Assembly: GCA_950097015.1 (NCBI GenBank)
Contig: CATNEN010000038.1
Span: 992,001 to 1,056,000, forward strand
DNA: 64,000 nt
Origin: Macrostomum hystrix
Taxonomy: Eukaryota; Animalia; Platyhelminthes
Reading direction: 5' to 3'
In this document: positions 1 through 13,240 of the stretch, piece after piece
How positions within the stretch are numbered: the first letter of the stretch is position 1
How the letters are laid out: each line of letters begins with the position of its first letter
Notes under the pieces: model-generated
What the model saw: the letters and a program-made list of their open reading frames with translations, nothing else
The model's database searches: none
What the model was told of the DNA's origin: nothing
Program-made: the position numbers and the translations under genes

Positions 1-254
1 TTAGAAAGCTGCACGTTATGTCCAACACTCGCCTATTGCCCCAGACACAGATTCTGGTAGCCTTCTTGTCTCTCCCACTGCCAGTCAGGCTTTGATCAAA
101 TTAAAATCTCATTTTCCAACTCTCGCTGTCACTTTCAGATCGCGCCGGCAGCAAGGACAGGAAATGTCCGGCCAAGTGCAAGGCCAATGAGCGAGTGCTC
201 AGCCAGGTCGACTACTGCCTGCGACAGTGGGGTGAGTAGCTGAGGCAGGTCTTA

Positions 255-800
255 AAGAGATGAGGCCGGGCAGGGATGAGGCAGGGGAGAGATGAGGCAG
301 GAGAGAGATGGGACACGGGAGAGATGAGGCAGGGGAGATATGAGGCAGGTGAGAGATGAAGCAGGGGAGAGATGAGACAGGGGAGAGATGAGACAGGGGA
401 GAGATGAGACAGGGGAGAGATGAGACAGGGGAGAGATGAGGCAGGGGAGAGATGAGACAGGGGAGAGATGAGGCAGGAGAGAGATGGGACACGGGAGAGA
501 TGAGACAGGGGAGAGATGAGGCAGGGGAGAGATGAAGCAGGGGAGAGATGAGACAGGGGAGAGATGAGACAGGGGAGAGATGAGACAGGGGAGAGATGAG
601 GCAGGGGAGAGATGAGACAGGGGAGAGATGAGACAGAGGAGAGATGAGAAATGGGAGAGATGAGACAGGGGAGAGATGAGGCAGGGGTGAGATGAGGCAT
701 GGCAGAGATGAGACATGGAGAGAGATGAGGCATGGCAGAGATGAGACATGGAGAGAGATGAGGCATGGCAGCGATGAGGCATGGCAGAGATGAGGCAGTG
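255..800. repeat. 16-bp minisatellite (GAGACAGGGGAGAGAT)n
   Basis: Direct tandem periodicity; same unit recurs at 10135-10988; explains spurious ORFs 199-834. Confidence 0.95.
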
Positions 801-1469
801 CAGAATGATCAAGCCATGGGTGATTTGGCGGCAAGAAGAGGTGTTTGAAGGATCAAGCCATGGTTTGGGAGCATTTTATGCTCGTATGCTGTGGGTTGCC
901 GACCCTGCCAAAGGCGAAAAAAAGGTATTTTTCAGTCGTGGATTCTATCTCGAGACCGTCCTATCTAGACAGTAGACTTATTCCCTCTTTTCTACTTCGG
1001 CTTACGAAATGCAAACAGAAATGCAGGAGTGGGAGAGCACTAAATTAAGAAAAGTGCGAGCTCAGTCAATCATAGGAAAATTCGGTGTTAAAGGGGAAAG
1101 GAAAGTCTTGTCCCATCCGAATCGAACAGATCGATAATTTGTTCCCAAACTCTAGACGGAACGGGGGGAACTGGCCAGAAGCAAACGGAATAAAATCTGC
1201 AGACAAAGTTGCTGTTGTTTTTGCACTGCTGGCTGAAAAATTATGAAAGAATTTCTGAGAAAGAAAAATCAGACTCAGCACTCAAAACTGCCTCTTCGCG
1301 ACCGGATCAGGCGCCTGAGAACACGCGAGAGAGAAAATTGGAGCAAACTGCTGCTAACCAAAGAAGGACCTGAAGAGAAATGCAGGTCGCCGGTCTTCGC
1401 AGCCCTATATCCAAGTTCTCATTTTCCCGAAAATCCCTTCATTTCATCTCCCAAAGCCTCTTTCCTTTC

Positions 1470-2865
1470 CCTTCATCTCACTGAAATCTCCTCCCTTCAT
1501 CTCACTAAAATGTCTTCCCTTCATCTCATTAAAATCTCCTCCCTTCATCTCACTAAAATGTCTTCCCTTCATCTCATTAAAATCTCCTCCCTTCATCTCA
1601 CTAAAATCTCCTCCCTTCATCTCACTAAAATCTCCTCCCTTCATCTCACTAAAATCTCCTCCCTTCATCTCACTAAAATGTCTTCCCTTCATCTCACTGA
1701 AATCTCCTCCCTTCATCTCACTAAAATGTCTTCCCTTCATCTCATTAAAATCTCCTCCCTTCATCTCACTAAAATATCTTCCCTTCATCTCACTAAAATG
1801 TCTTCCCTTCATCTCACTAAAATGTCTTCCCTTCATCTCACTAAAATGTCTTCCCTTCATCTCACTAAAATGCCTTCCCTTCATCTGACTAAAATGTCTT
1901 CCCTTCATCTCACTAAAATATCTTCCCTTCATCTCACTAAAATCTTCTCCCTTCATCTCAGTAAAATCTCCTCCCTTCATTTCACTAAAATGTCTTCCCT
2001 TCATCTCACTAAAATCTTCTCCCTTCATCTCAGTAAAATCTCCTCCCTTCATTTCACTAAAATATCTTCCCTTCATCTCACTAAAATCTTCTCCCTTCAT
2101 CTCAGTAAAATCTCCTCCCTTCATCTCACTAAAATGTCTTCCCTTCATCTCATTAAAATCTCCTCCCTTCATCTCACTAAAATATCTTCCCTTCATCTCA
2201 CTAAAATATCTTCCCTTCATCTCACTAAAATGTCTTCCCTTCATCTCACTAAAATGTCTTCCCTTCATCTCACTAAAATGCCTTCCCTTCATCTGACTAA
2301 AATGTCTTCCCTTCATCTCACTAAAATATCTTCCCTTCATCTCACTAAAATCTTCTCCCTTCATCTCAGTAAAATCTCCTCCCTTCATTTCACTAAAATG
2401 TCTTCCCTTCATCTCGCTAAAATGTCTTCCCTTCATCTCACTAAAATGTCTTCCCTTCATCTCACTAAAATGTCTTCCCTTCATCTCACTAAAATTTCTT
2501 CCCTTCATCTCACTAAAATGTCTTCCCTTCATCTCAGTAAAATCTCCTCCCTTCATTTCACTAAAATGTCTTCCCTTCATCTCACTAAAATTTCTTCCCT
2601 TCATCTCACTAAAATATCTTCCCTTCATCTCAGTAAAATCTCCTCCCTTCATTTCACTAAAATGTCTTCCCTTCATCTCGCTAAAATGTCTTCCCTTCAT
2701 CTCACTAAAATGTCTTCCCTTCATCTCACTAAAATATCTTCCCTTCATCTCAATAAAATCTCCTCCCTTCATCTCACTAAAATCTCTTTCGTTCATCTCA
2801 CTAAAATGTCTTCCCTTCATCTCACTAAAATGTCTTCCCTTCATCTCACTACTCTTCCGTTCATC
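1470..2865. repeat. 24-bp minisatellite (CCCTTCATCTCACTAAAATGTCTT)n
   Basis: Direct periodicity; produces the SSLHLTKM / EMKGRHFS pseudo-ORFs on both strands. Confidence 0.95.
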
Positions 2866-4184
2866 TAACTGAAATCTATTTACTTTAGTTTGCGCTGAAA
2901 ATATTATACAGTTGCAATTTTCGGTTGAGGTTCGCAGTTTAAATTCGCACAAAAACTTTCAAATCAACATCAAAAAGAAAATTTCATTTTTCATAAGGAA
3001 GCCCCATTAAGCACAGTAATTTCTGTAATTCTGCTTCGAGGTGTGAAACTGCTCAGGCGGGGTACCAGTTGAGCAGAGGGCCCGAGCTGAGATCTAGAAG
3101 GGGCAACGCAACAAAAATGGCAAAACGGCACGCACTCGGGAGTCGAGAGGCAGGCATTGTGCTGGCCAGCTTGGCCACATTATTATTATTTTTTATTATG
3201 ATTTCACACAACGCACCCACCTTGAAAATTCTGCTGCGTCCAAGGGCCCTCCTCTTTTATTTCTACCGCTCTGCGAAACAATGCCGACACGCTAGAGACT
3301 GAGAGTGGTTAGAGAGGCTGAGAGACGGAGAGATTTAGAGTCGGCGTCAATCACAGTCCCGTATTGTCTTGAGCTGCTGCAGTTGCTACAGGGCACCTAC
3401 CCGAGCAGGTATTGGGTTTGCAGGGCCTTGGATTCCCTGGCAAACACCGCCTGCTATTGAGAGCCTTCGGGGTGGCCCTGGCGGCTAGCTTTCTCGTTTA
3501 AGATAATCTTGCGCGGCAGAATATTTTGTCTTTCCAGCTAAAAAGCAATCCTTTTTTAGAAATAAATAACAGACTAAATTACAGGTCGGCGAGGAAGCAT
3601 AGAGAGAGGGTGGGGGGAGATTAAGCAAACAAAATTGGTTGCCATGATGATTTGGGCAGCCTGCAAAACCTTCGGCTTCCAAAAGACGGCACGGAAAAGA
3701 AGGCAAAACAACCTCATCGCAAGACGCTTTTGAATAAAATTTGATTTCAGTTGCCTTTTTGAAATCGAGTGAAGGAGAACAGTGAGGCCTAAAGAGCCAA
3801 ATGAGACCCCATAAACAATTTCAGAAGCAAAAGCTCGCATAAAAAACTTCAGGAATCACAGCAAGATTTCAGAGGCCTTAGTGGGGCTTCAAGAATAATA
3901 GTAAATGCGTCATGAACAACAGTAATTAAGGCTTCAGGAACCAGTTTAGGCTTCAGGCATCATAAGTAAAGCTTCAGGAACAATAGTGAGGCTTCAGGAA
4001 TCTCTGCAAATGCTGAGCAATTACTTTGGACTCCAGGCACCTCTAAAATTGAATCCACAAATCAGTTCAAGACTTCGCAAAAAACTTCGCGATCGCGCCA
4101 GTGACACGCTGAAGACTTCCAGAATCATTCGTAAAGTTCCTTTCCAAGCCCGTGAAATGACAAGCCGACACCTCGAAATTGCAG

Positions 4185-4777
4185 CCATCAGGGTCCAGGT
4201 GACGGACATTCGCCGCCAGCGCCGCTGGGTCCAGGTGTCAGCTCGCACCTTCTCCTACAAGTGCCCCACGCGCAGCTGCCCGGAGCCAGCTAGCGTCGGC
4301 ATCGGCACGCCGGCCACCTTCTGGATAAAGCGGCACCAGTGGCGCTGCCGTTGTCCGCGACTGCGCCGTGGGGCGACTTATCTGGTCCTGACGCGGGACA
4401 AGCGGCACAGGAAGCATCCAGCCGACCTGGTGCTGGACAAACGGTCCATTGTGCTGCGCTGGGAGGACAGCCTGGTGAGCCGGCTGCGCCAGTACGAGAA
4501 ATTTATCGGGCACGACTACACCGCCGACGGCTGCGTGGACTGCGACTGCATCCGTCGGCGGCACCGGCAGCAGCAGCGTCGGAGGCGTCAGCAGAGACAG
4601 CGGCGCAGAAGAGCCGGCGGCGGCGGGGTCGTCAGCGGCTCGAGTCGAATGCGCAAGCGGGACTCGAGGTCGGCCACAGCCGCTGGAGCTGCTGTGTCAG
4701 CGGGTGCCGCCGCGGCAGCCCCCCAGACACCGAGGCCCCGGCAGCAGAATTACCTGTACGGTGGCACAACCGACTGA
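4185..4777 (+). CDS. Terminal exon of a netrin-like gene (C-terminal NTR/C345C domain plus Arg-rich tail); upstream exons not seen in window
   Basis: Acceptor ttgcag|CC ATC (phase 1) at 4184/4185; translation AIRVQV...W..CRCPRLRRGATYLVL...LVLDKRSIVLRWEDSLVSRLRQY..C matches the netrin C-domain pattern CxCPxLxxGxxYLxxG...SxVxxW; stop TGA 4775-4777. Confidence 0.7.
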
Positions 4778-6784
4778 CAGGGCTCAGACAACAGGCCTTT
4801 TGTTTCAAGATTTACTAATTAAACTGCCGCTGAGTTTATATAAATTGCATCATAGCCTGAACTGCTTCGTGTCCGTCTGTTTTTACTCTTATCGACTTCT
4901 GAAGAATGCCCATCGATCTCTGCTGTCATGGCGGTCAGTAATTTGCATATGAAAAATGATTACCTCATAATTTTACTCTTAAAATTTAATTTCTGTATGA
5001 AGTGCACGTCAGCTTTTGTTGTTGTTGTGAATTTAATCTCGGAATTTAGAATTGGCACGGCAGTTTTTTATTCTCGTGTCGCCTCAGTTGGTTTACGCTA
5101 TTTTTGTTTCATTTTCGTCCACTCGATGACTTCATCAGTGTGTACATACCGACTGACTGACGGACTCAGTTCCTAGATCTAGGCTTTAGCTGTCTGCTCT
5201 CAATATTTATTTTATTAATTATTACAATTTTTTCTTGTTCCTTCTGAATTTGTTTACAGTATTTGTCTTTTGGCAGTGAAATTTTCTGCAACAAAATGTC
5301 GAGTCAATACGCGCTGCAGTTGCTACTGCTGGACACATTTATTTGTACCTGGAAGCATATATATATATTACCTGCGGGAAAAATGTACTAAGTGCGTTGT
5401 TGAAGTTTTTTGTGTTCAATTAAATGCATAAAAAACTTAAAAAATGTTTTTTTAATGAAAAAACTGTTGCTTTACGGTTTGTTCAGGCATTTAAATTACT
5501 GCCAAAGGAGTTCAAATCAAAGAATTTATAATTAAGCGATCGAAAAAATGTAAGATTAGGCATGCTAGGCTACACTGCGGAATTCGTTAATTCTTATATA
5601 ATTAAATTAAAAAACTTTCGCTTATAATTTAGCCTATAATTACTAAATAAAATTGTATACTTATTGTTTTAAGTTCCAATACATTAAATTAGATATATAA
5701 ATAAAAATATATATTTAAATATTTAAATATTATATTATATAAAATAAATATAAATATAGAAGTAAAGATTTTGGCACTAGTTTAAATGCCGAAAGCTTTC
5801 CAAGAAATTTCAGCAAAAAGAAATAATGAACTCATAAATGAAACCACTTAGTGTCTATTATCAATTGTATAATTGTTCTAAATTATTAATTAATTTCTCT
5901 CAGTGACTTAATTTTTATAGCTTTAAAATGAATGTCTATGTTTACAATGTGAAAAAATACTATTTCAAATTAAGAATGGATTAAAATTAATCTCGCCGCT
6001 GCATTATGCTCAGTCTGTGTCAGTTAACATGAAGTCAGTTCATCCCAAAACAATTTTGTCGATTGTTGCAATCATTTTCATAATTGGAGATCTAGCTTCT
6101 GTTTAAAAAACTTATAAATTAGTTGACAAAATAAATACAAATATTTCAATTTTTCTACTGTTAGTAGTCAATTCGGCATCAAACATATAATCATTTAAAT
6201 TTAATTTTAACGAATATGTCTGTTCCATGGACAAAGTAGCTTTGTTATACTCGCTATCTTTGTTATACTCGTAACCGGGCGTGGGAATGAAAGATCATGA
6301 ATTAAAATTGTCTTAACTTTAGCTACGCATAATATACTGCAATGGACTAGGCTAGCTAATTATGTACGTTAGGCCAAGAGTTTGGCCAGCAGCACCTGAT
6401 CCACTCCATCATGCACTCATATTTTCCACTGAAAGGAAGTTCACCGCAATAACTTAGAGAGTCTTCTAGGCAAGGCTTTCGGGCTGGCAGGAATTCCACC
6501 GCAGTGTTTAGCAAAGTATTCGACAGCCCTCATATATAATCCTACTGGCCCAGCTGCTAATGGAGTCTGTGTCCATCCGCTAAACTGCAAGGCGTTGACC
6601 GCAATTTCCTGTTAAGTAATTTGCTCTAGCATGAAATTGAGCAATACTACCCAAAGGTGACTCTATTATCATCTTCCTATGATGAAATTCTTCAGCAACA
6701 AGCGCTGAGCAGCTCTCTCACCTGTTGCATTGCCACAAAATATGCTCAATAATAATTATGTCTCTGGCTGCCTGTCTTGATATG

Positions 6785-7200
6785 TCTGTCCCATATGTAT
6801 GTCTGTTTCTACCTGTCTGTCTCTACCTGTCTGTCTCTACCTGTCTGTCTCTACCTGTCTGTCTCTACCTGTCTGTCTCTACGTGTCTGTCTCTACCTGT
6901 CTGTCTCTACGTGTCTGTCTCTACCTGTCTGTCTCTACCTGTCTGTCTCTACGTGTCTGTCTCTACGTGTCTGTCTCTACCTGTCTGTCTCTACCTATCT
7001 GTCTCTACCTGTCTGCCCCATATGTATGTCTGTCTCTACCTGTCTGTCTCTTCGTATCTGTCTCTAATTTTCTGTCTTAGCGTGTCTGCTTCTACCTGTC
7101 TGCTCAACCTCTACGTCGCTATCACCTGTCTGTATTTTCATGTCTTTCTCTTCCTGTCTGCTCTTTTAATGTCTGTCCCAACCTGTCTCTCTCTACCTGT
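6785..7200. repeat. 14-bp minisatellite (CTACCTGTCTGTCT)n, degenerate at right end
   Basis: Direct periodicity. Confidence 0.9.
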
Positions 7201-7515
7201 CCGCAGCTACACTCATCGATTGCGTAGATCCACATTTTTGCATTCACGAATCTGCTTGTAATCTTGCAATCTATCAGTTTCAATTGCTCCTAGAATGTTC
7301 CGGTTGATGTTTATGAGCGTAAATTTAAACAAAAATGCAATGAAGATCAGGTTTTCGGCTCAATGCATGGTTTACTTTTGCTATATTTAAATTTGAAGCA
7401 AATTGTTTGCTAACGCCCAGAAATTACCGCACGTAACTATCGAAATAAAATGATTTGTTATAAATGTTTCCCCAGCGAAGGTGCATTTTTAAATAGTAAA
7501 TTCACAGCTGGTTGA

Positions 7516-8233
7516 TCACACACTCGAGTCAGCGAAGCATCGCAACGGCACCTCCACAATCTCTTGCTGCTGCTGCCGCTGCTGCTGCTGTTGCTGACGC
7601 TGCTGCTGCAGCTCGATCTGTCTCAAGGGCTGGGCCGAGCTTTCATTCTCGTTTCCATAGCAACGGGCCAGGCGCTTGGGCAGCAGCTTCACCAGGCCAG
7701 CCTTGAAGCTGTCATTGCTGGCCACGTAGATGAAGAAGTTGCAGGAGCCGTCCAATGAGCCGAAGGCGTTGGACATGAGGTTCAGCACAATGTACGCTCC
7801 TGGCTGAGGACTGCTCAGCGAGATGACGCCCCAGATGAGCTGCGGCAGCTGGCAGGCGATGTACAAGTTGGTGAGCATGAGCACAGTCCGGGTTGCCTGG
7901 CCGCTTCGCTGGCTGGCGCAGCGCCGAGCTCGCTGACTCTGGCCGTGGCGTCGGCGGAGCTCCCGGCCCGACTGCCGAACCCGCGCCACAGTCAGCCAGT
8001 TGCAGACGCAGGCAGCCAGCACCGGGCCGCCGATCTGGCAGCCGAAGTTCACAACGCCGGTGTACACTCGGGTCAGCTTGGTGGTGACGATTTCGGCGTA
8101 GTGCTTGCCATCGGGGCAGCGCGACAACTGAAGGCTGACCTCCATGAAGCGGGGCGCGCCGAGGGTCGCGGCCAGCACGCACAGGGCTGCGGTGGTGGTG
8201 GTCAGGCGGCGACGCAGCGACAGCGAGCGGCTC
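7516..8233 (-). CDS. Rhodopsin-family (peptide-receptor-like) GPCR, exon 2 (TM4-TM7, poly-Q tail)
   Basis: Acceptor ctgatgccgcaccgcag|G (phase 2); LGAPRFME (TM4), CQIGGPVLAACVCNWL (TM5), CQLPQL (TM6), SCNFFIYV (TM7 NPxxY variant); stop at 7516. Confidence 0.8.
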
Positions 8234-8276
8234 CTGCGGTGCGGCATCAGTGTGTTGATGGGGGCTGTAGCCCGTG

Positions 8277-8520
8277 TCACGTCTTAAAGGTCGGGGGTTC
8301 GATTCCCGACTCCACTGGAACATTTTTGTGTCCTTTAGCAAGACAGCTGTTAAATGGATACCAGCATTAGCTGGACAAATCGATGTTTGGCGCCCCCCAG
8401 TCCATGGACTGAACAGCTGTACTCTGCCTTCAGATGCACCGCGCAATGACTGCGGCTGTGCTGTTGAATGCACATCTGAGCAAATTGGGTCATGCAGGGA
8501 GCTGAGGTGCAGGGACTAAG
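8277..8520 (+). mobile_element. tRNA-derived CORE-like SINE (family A), 5'-truncated, with internal deletion in CORE
   Basis: B-box GGTTCGATTCC; shares body (cagtccatggactgaacagctgtac...ctgcggctgtgctg...cacatctga) with copies at 56415 and 26050. Confidence 0.8.
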
Positions 8521-8539
8521 TCAATAATGTAACAATATT

Positions 8540-8856
8540 AGGATTTGCAGTAGGGCGGCGGGCAATGGCACATCATTCGGCGACTCTAGACCCGCAGCCA
8601 GCGAGGAGGCAATTCTGCCCATACGGCTGACTCCTGAGCACACAGATACTGTACGCAGGCACACGCTCTTACAGGTGTGTACATCTGCCCTGACTTTCTT
8701 ATCTTCAGGCAGTGTACACCTGAGTAAATTGCACGACAAGCCCCCAAGCCTTCTCACCGCGGCTGGGCTTCAAATGAATGTGGCCTCGCCGCGGAATCGA
8801 GCTCAGGGACCTTGGTGCGAGAGGCAAATGCGTTAACCGCTCTGCCTCTCACCCTC
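8540..8856 (-). mobile_element. tRNA-derived SINE (family B)
   Basis: Reverse complement matches copies at 22394 and 62338 (GGCAGAGCGGTTAACG A-box region, TCGATTCCG B-box, shared body). Confidence 0.8.
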
Positions 8857-8859
8857 CAA

Positions 8860-9655
8860 GGATTTGGTGAGGCTGTGATAGAGCTCAGATACAGGGATTC
8901 GGTGAGGCTGTGATAGAGCTCAGATACAGGGATTCGGTGAGGCTGTGATAGAGCTCAGATACAGGGATTCGGTGAGGCTGTGATAGAGCTCAGATACAGG
9001 GATTCGGTGAGGCTGTGATAGAGCTCAGATACAGGGATTCGGTGAGGCTGTGATAGAGCTCAGATACAGGGATTCGGTGAGGCTGTGATAGAGCTCAGAT
9101 ACAGGGATTCGGTGAGGCTGTGATAGAGCTCAGATACAGGGATTCGGTGAGGCTGTGATAGAGCTCAGATACAGGGATTCGGTGAGGCTGTGATAGAGCT
9201 CAGATACAGGGATTTGGTGAGGCTGTGATAGAGCTCAGATACAGGGATTCGGTGAGGCTGTGATAGAGCTCAGATACAGGGATTCGGTGAGGCTGTGATA
9301 GAGCTCAGATACAGGGATTCGGTGAGGCTGTGATAGAGCTCAGATACAGGGATTCGGTGAGGCTGTGATAGAGCTCAGATACAGGGATTCGGTGAGGCTG
9401 TGATAGAGCTCAGATACAGGGATTTGGTGAGGCTGTGATAGAGCTCAGATACAGGGATTCGGTGAGGCTGTGATAGAGCTCAGATACAGGGATTCGGTGA
9501 GGCTGTGATAGAGCTCAGATACAGGGATTTGGTGAGGCTGTGATAGAGCTCAGATACAGGGATTCGGTGAGGCTGTGATAGAGCTCAGATACAGGGATTT
9601 GGTGAGGCTGTGATAGAGCTCAGATACAGGGATTCGGTGAGGCTGTGATAGAGCT
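8860..9655. repeat. 35-bp highly homogeneous minisatellite (GGATTCGGTGAGGCTGTGATAGAGCTCAGATACAG)n in GPCR intron
   Basis: Direct periodicity, ~23 near-identical copies. Confidence 0.95.
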
Positions 9656-10134
9656 CTCAGACTTAGTGAAACTAGCCTAAACAGTAGAATTATTATTATG
9701 TAAAAGTATTATCTGACCTCAACAATAGCTGTTTTTCACATTTATCTTCAAAATAATTTTTCTTTCTTGTGTAGTGATAACAGTCCCGACTGTTCTATAA
9801 TCAGTCTATTATCCCTGGACCAACTAGAGCTGATCAGATAGCTTTGCTCACAGTCTGCCTCAGGACTTCACTCGAAGAACAAGCTAAAACGGAAGCGAAA
9901 GTAAAAGAAGCCAGGAAAATAAGCAACCCGAATTGCTTCAAAATTCCAGGAATAAAAGAAGCAGCAAATGAAGCTATGAAGCTATTTTCTGGGGAAAAAA
10001 TTAAGGCCACCTGTTCAATGCTTTGATACTTTTGATATCACTGATTAGAGGCTTGTGGTTTCGCAAGTGAAACCGTGATTTTTATTATCTGGATTTCAAC
10101 TCTTAGCTGTTAAAAGACAGCTATTTTCTTCCTT

Positions 10135-10988
10135 GACAGGGGAGAGATGAGACAGGGTAGAGATGAGACAGGGGAGAGATGAGACAGGGGAGAGATGAGA
10201 CAGGGGAGAGATGAGACAGGGGAGAGATGAGAAGGGGAGAGATGAGACAGGGGAGAGATGAGACAGGGGAGAGATGAGACAGGGGAGAGATGAGACAGGG
10301 GAGAGATGAGACATGGGAGAGGTGAGACACGGGAGAGATAAGACATGGGAGAGGTGAGACAGTGGAGAGATGAGACAGGGGAGAGATGAGACAGGGTAGA
10401 GATGAGACATGGCAGAGATGAGACAGGGGAGAGATGAGACAGGGGAGAGATGAGACAGGGGAGAGATGAGACAGGGGAGAGATGAGACAGGGGAGAGATG
10501 AGACAGGGGAGAGATGCGACAGGGGAGAGATGAGACAGGGGAGAGATGAGACAGGGTAGAGATGAGACAGGGGAGAGATGAGACAGGGGAGAGATGAGAC
10601 ACGGGAGAGATGAGACAGGGGAGAGATGAGACAGGGGAGAGATGAGACAGTGGAGAGATAAGACAGGGGAAAGATGAGACAGGGGAGAGATGAGACAGGG
10701 GAGAGATGAGACAGGGGAGAGATGAGACAGGGGAGAGATGAGAAGGGGAGAGATGAGACAGGGGAGAGATGAGACAGGGGAGAGATGAGACAGGGGAGAG
10801 ATGAGACAGGGGAGAGATGAGACATGGGAGAGGTGAGACACGGGAGAGATAAGACATGGGAGAGGTGAGACAGTGGAGAGATGAGACAGGGGAGAGATGA
10901 GACAGGGGAGAGATGAGACATGGGAGAGGTGAGACACGGGAGAGATAAGACAGGGGAAAGATGAGACAGTGGAGAGATGAGACAGTGG
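10135..10988. repeat. 16-bp minisatellite (GAGACAGGGGAGAGAT)n in GPCR intron
   Basis: Same unit as 255-800. Confidence 0.95.
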
Positions 10989-11103
10989 ACTTGGTGACTT
11001 TGCTTCTATTTACTGGCGTATCATATCCGGACCTTGCCCACCCCCTTAGTAACCTTAGTCAATAACTTGTAGAGGCTAAGACACAGTTTTCAGCTCCACA
11101 AAC

Positions 11104-11549
11104 CTCAGCGGGGCATAGATCTTGATGACTCTAGACAGCGCCACCAGCAGCATGAGCCAGTTGTGCGCCATCACCAGGGAGACCCTGATAGCCCACACAG
11201 GTGGGTGCAGGTAGGCCAAGGCCAGGTAGAAATGAGCTGGGCGGCCGCCGCTCAGCTGCATTGAGTGGCACAGATTGTCCAGCAGGTTCATGCAGATGTA
11301 CAGGCTGTCCGGCACCGCCAGAATTCTCAGCAGTTTCGCCAGCTCAGACTGTGCCCCAGTTCGAGTGAGCACAGTGTAGGACAGACCGTTGAGCAGCATT
11401 CCACTGACTGTGAGCAGCAGCTGGAGACAGTTGAGAGATGCCACAATGCTCAACAATATTCTGCTGTTCTGGTATTCGTAGTTGGGATAGGAACAGTTGA
11501 CGAACTCCACGAAATGATAGAAGCTGTCTGATGGCTGGCCTGAGGACAT
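11104..11549 (-). CDS. Rhodopsin-family GPCR, exon 1 (N-terminus, TM1-TM3)
   Basis: ATG 11549; GMLLNGLS (TM1 N), LAVPD (TM2 D), VALSRVIKIYAPLR (DRY-region variant); donor AG|gtttgt phase 2 joins exon 2 to give YAPLR-SRSL. Confidence 0.75.
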
Positions 11550-11844
11550 TGCTCTGCTGGATGGGTCTTTTGGGGCGGCATTGCTGGCACTTTGAATGGA
11601 TTAAGGCTTTGAGATGCGAGGCTTGGAGACTGGACGGCTCGTTTTGATTGGCTGTCAACTGCAAGTTGGGGACGAACTGCAGTTATTGGGATTAGCCTCG
11701 GTGCAGTTCGCAGCAACTCATTTGTATGGCTTCATCTCACGGACTCTCTCAGTCTTACCTGGCCCAACTGCATCTCTCAGCTGTTCATGCAAAATCTTTA
11801 CAGTTCCTTATGACCTTTTAGTCTCTCCGCTATCCCTAGCAACA

Positions 11845-12248
11845 AGCTCATTCACAACCTACTCATTCACAACCTACTCATTTACAACCTACTCATTCAC
11901 AACCTACTCATTCACAACCTACTCATTCACAACCTACTCATTCACAACCAGCTTATTCACAACCTACTCATTCACAACCTACTCATTCACAACCTACTCA
12001 TTCACAACCTACTCATTCACAACCTACTCATTCACAACCAGCTTATTCACAACCTACTCATTCATAACCTACTCATTCACAACCTACTCATTCACAACCT
12101 ACTCATTCACAACCTACTCATTCACAACCTACTCATTCACAACCAGCTTATTCACAACCTACTCATTCACAACCTACTCATTCACAACCTACTCATTCAC
12201 AACCTACTCATTCACAACCTACTCATTCACAACCTACTCATTCACAAC
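11845..12248. repeat. 15-bp minisatellite (TTCACAACCTACTCA)n
   Basis: Direct periodicity; FTTYS pseudo-ORF. Confidence 0.95.
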
Positions 12249-12854
12249 AGAGGCACAGGCCTGTCAGATGAAATATTGAATAAATAGTGTAACAAGATGT
12301 CATTTAAAAGCTGCTCAAACAGCAGCGAACAGGTGGTCAGACAGTCAGGCAATGGCACTAGTGTTCTACCGAGGAGACACAAAAAATGTTTCAGGCGTAC
12401 TTCAGCCCATGGCATGTAAAATTATGAATGCAGCTAAACAAAGATGTTTTAACACAACTGTCAATCAGACCGCAATCAAGATCTAAAATGGAATTGCATG
12501 AAAATTTAGACTGAAATTATGTTATTGTTCAGTCCAAGAACTGGGGTGAGTTCGCCAATCCGACCCAAATTGCTCCACCCGAAAATGCTGGCACCCAATT
12601 CGCAAGTGTCGTTAGTGAAGCAATCAAAATTCAGTGTCTTGTGGGGCAAAAATTGTTTTCCCGGTGGAGAATCGAACTACAAACCCTTTTGGTCCGAAGC
12701 TGCAGCCATAGCAACAGTCTGGTAACTATTGATATCAAAGAACATCAAACTTTTCGTTCACAACCAATCATAGTGCGTAAAAATAAAAAAACCTGAAACT
12801 TAACTGACTAAATATATTCGGATCGAACTCATAAACAACATATCACAACTGGAT

Positions 12855-13240
12855 CATTCACAACAACTCATATCCAGCTCATTCACAACAACTCACATCC
12901 AGCTCATTCACAACCAACTCACATCCAGCTCATTCACAACCAACTCACATCCAGCTCATTCCCAGCCAACTCACATCCAGCTCATTCACAACAACTCACA
13001 TCCAGCTCATTCACAGCCAACTCACATCCAGCTCATTCACAACAAACTCACATCCAGCTCATTCCCAACCAACTCATTCACAACAACTCACTCACAACAA
13101 CTCACTACCAACTCACAATCAACTAATTCACAACAAATCACAATCAACTCATTAAAAAACAACTGATTGACAACCAGCTCACAACAGACTCATTAACAAT
13201 CTCACAACAAAATAAAGTCACAACCAACTCACAACCAACT
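12855..13240. repeat. Degenerate minisatellite (ACTCACATCCAGCTCATTCACAAC-like), related to the 15-bp array
   Basis: Direct periodicity decaying rightwards. Confidence 0.85.

Noticed and set aside
893-907. GGGTTGCCGACCCTG resembling a hAT terminal repeat
   Set aside because: No matching partner end or TSD found
1243-2952. 541-aa and 502-aa ORFs on opposite strands
   Set aside because: Translations of a 24-bp tandem repeat; no domain or splice support
3986-4184. N-terminal part of the 263-aa ORF
   Set aside because: Lies in degenerate cttcagga repeats upstream of the splice acceptor; intronic
8860-9655. CRISPR-like regular 35-bp repeats (also 31260-34610 and 36735-37845)
   Set aside because: Head-to-tail repeats with no unique spacers, no cas genes, eukaryotic context
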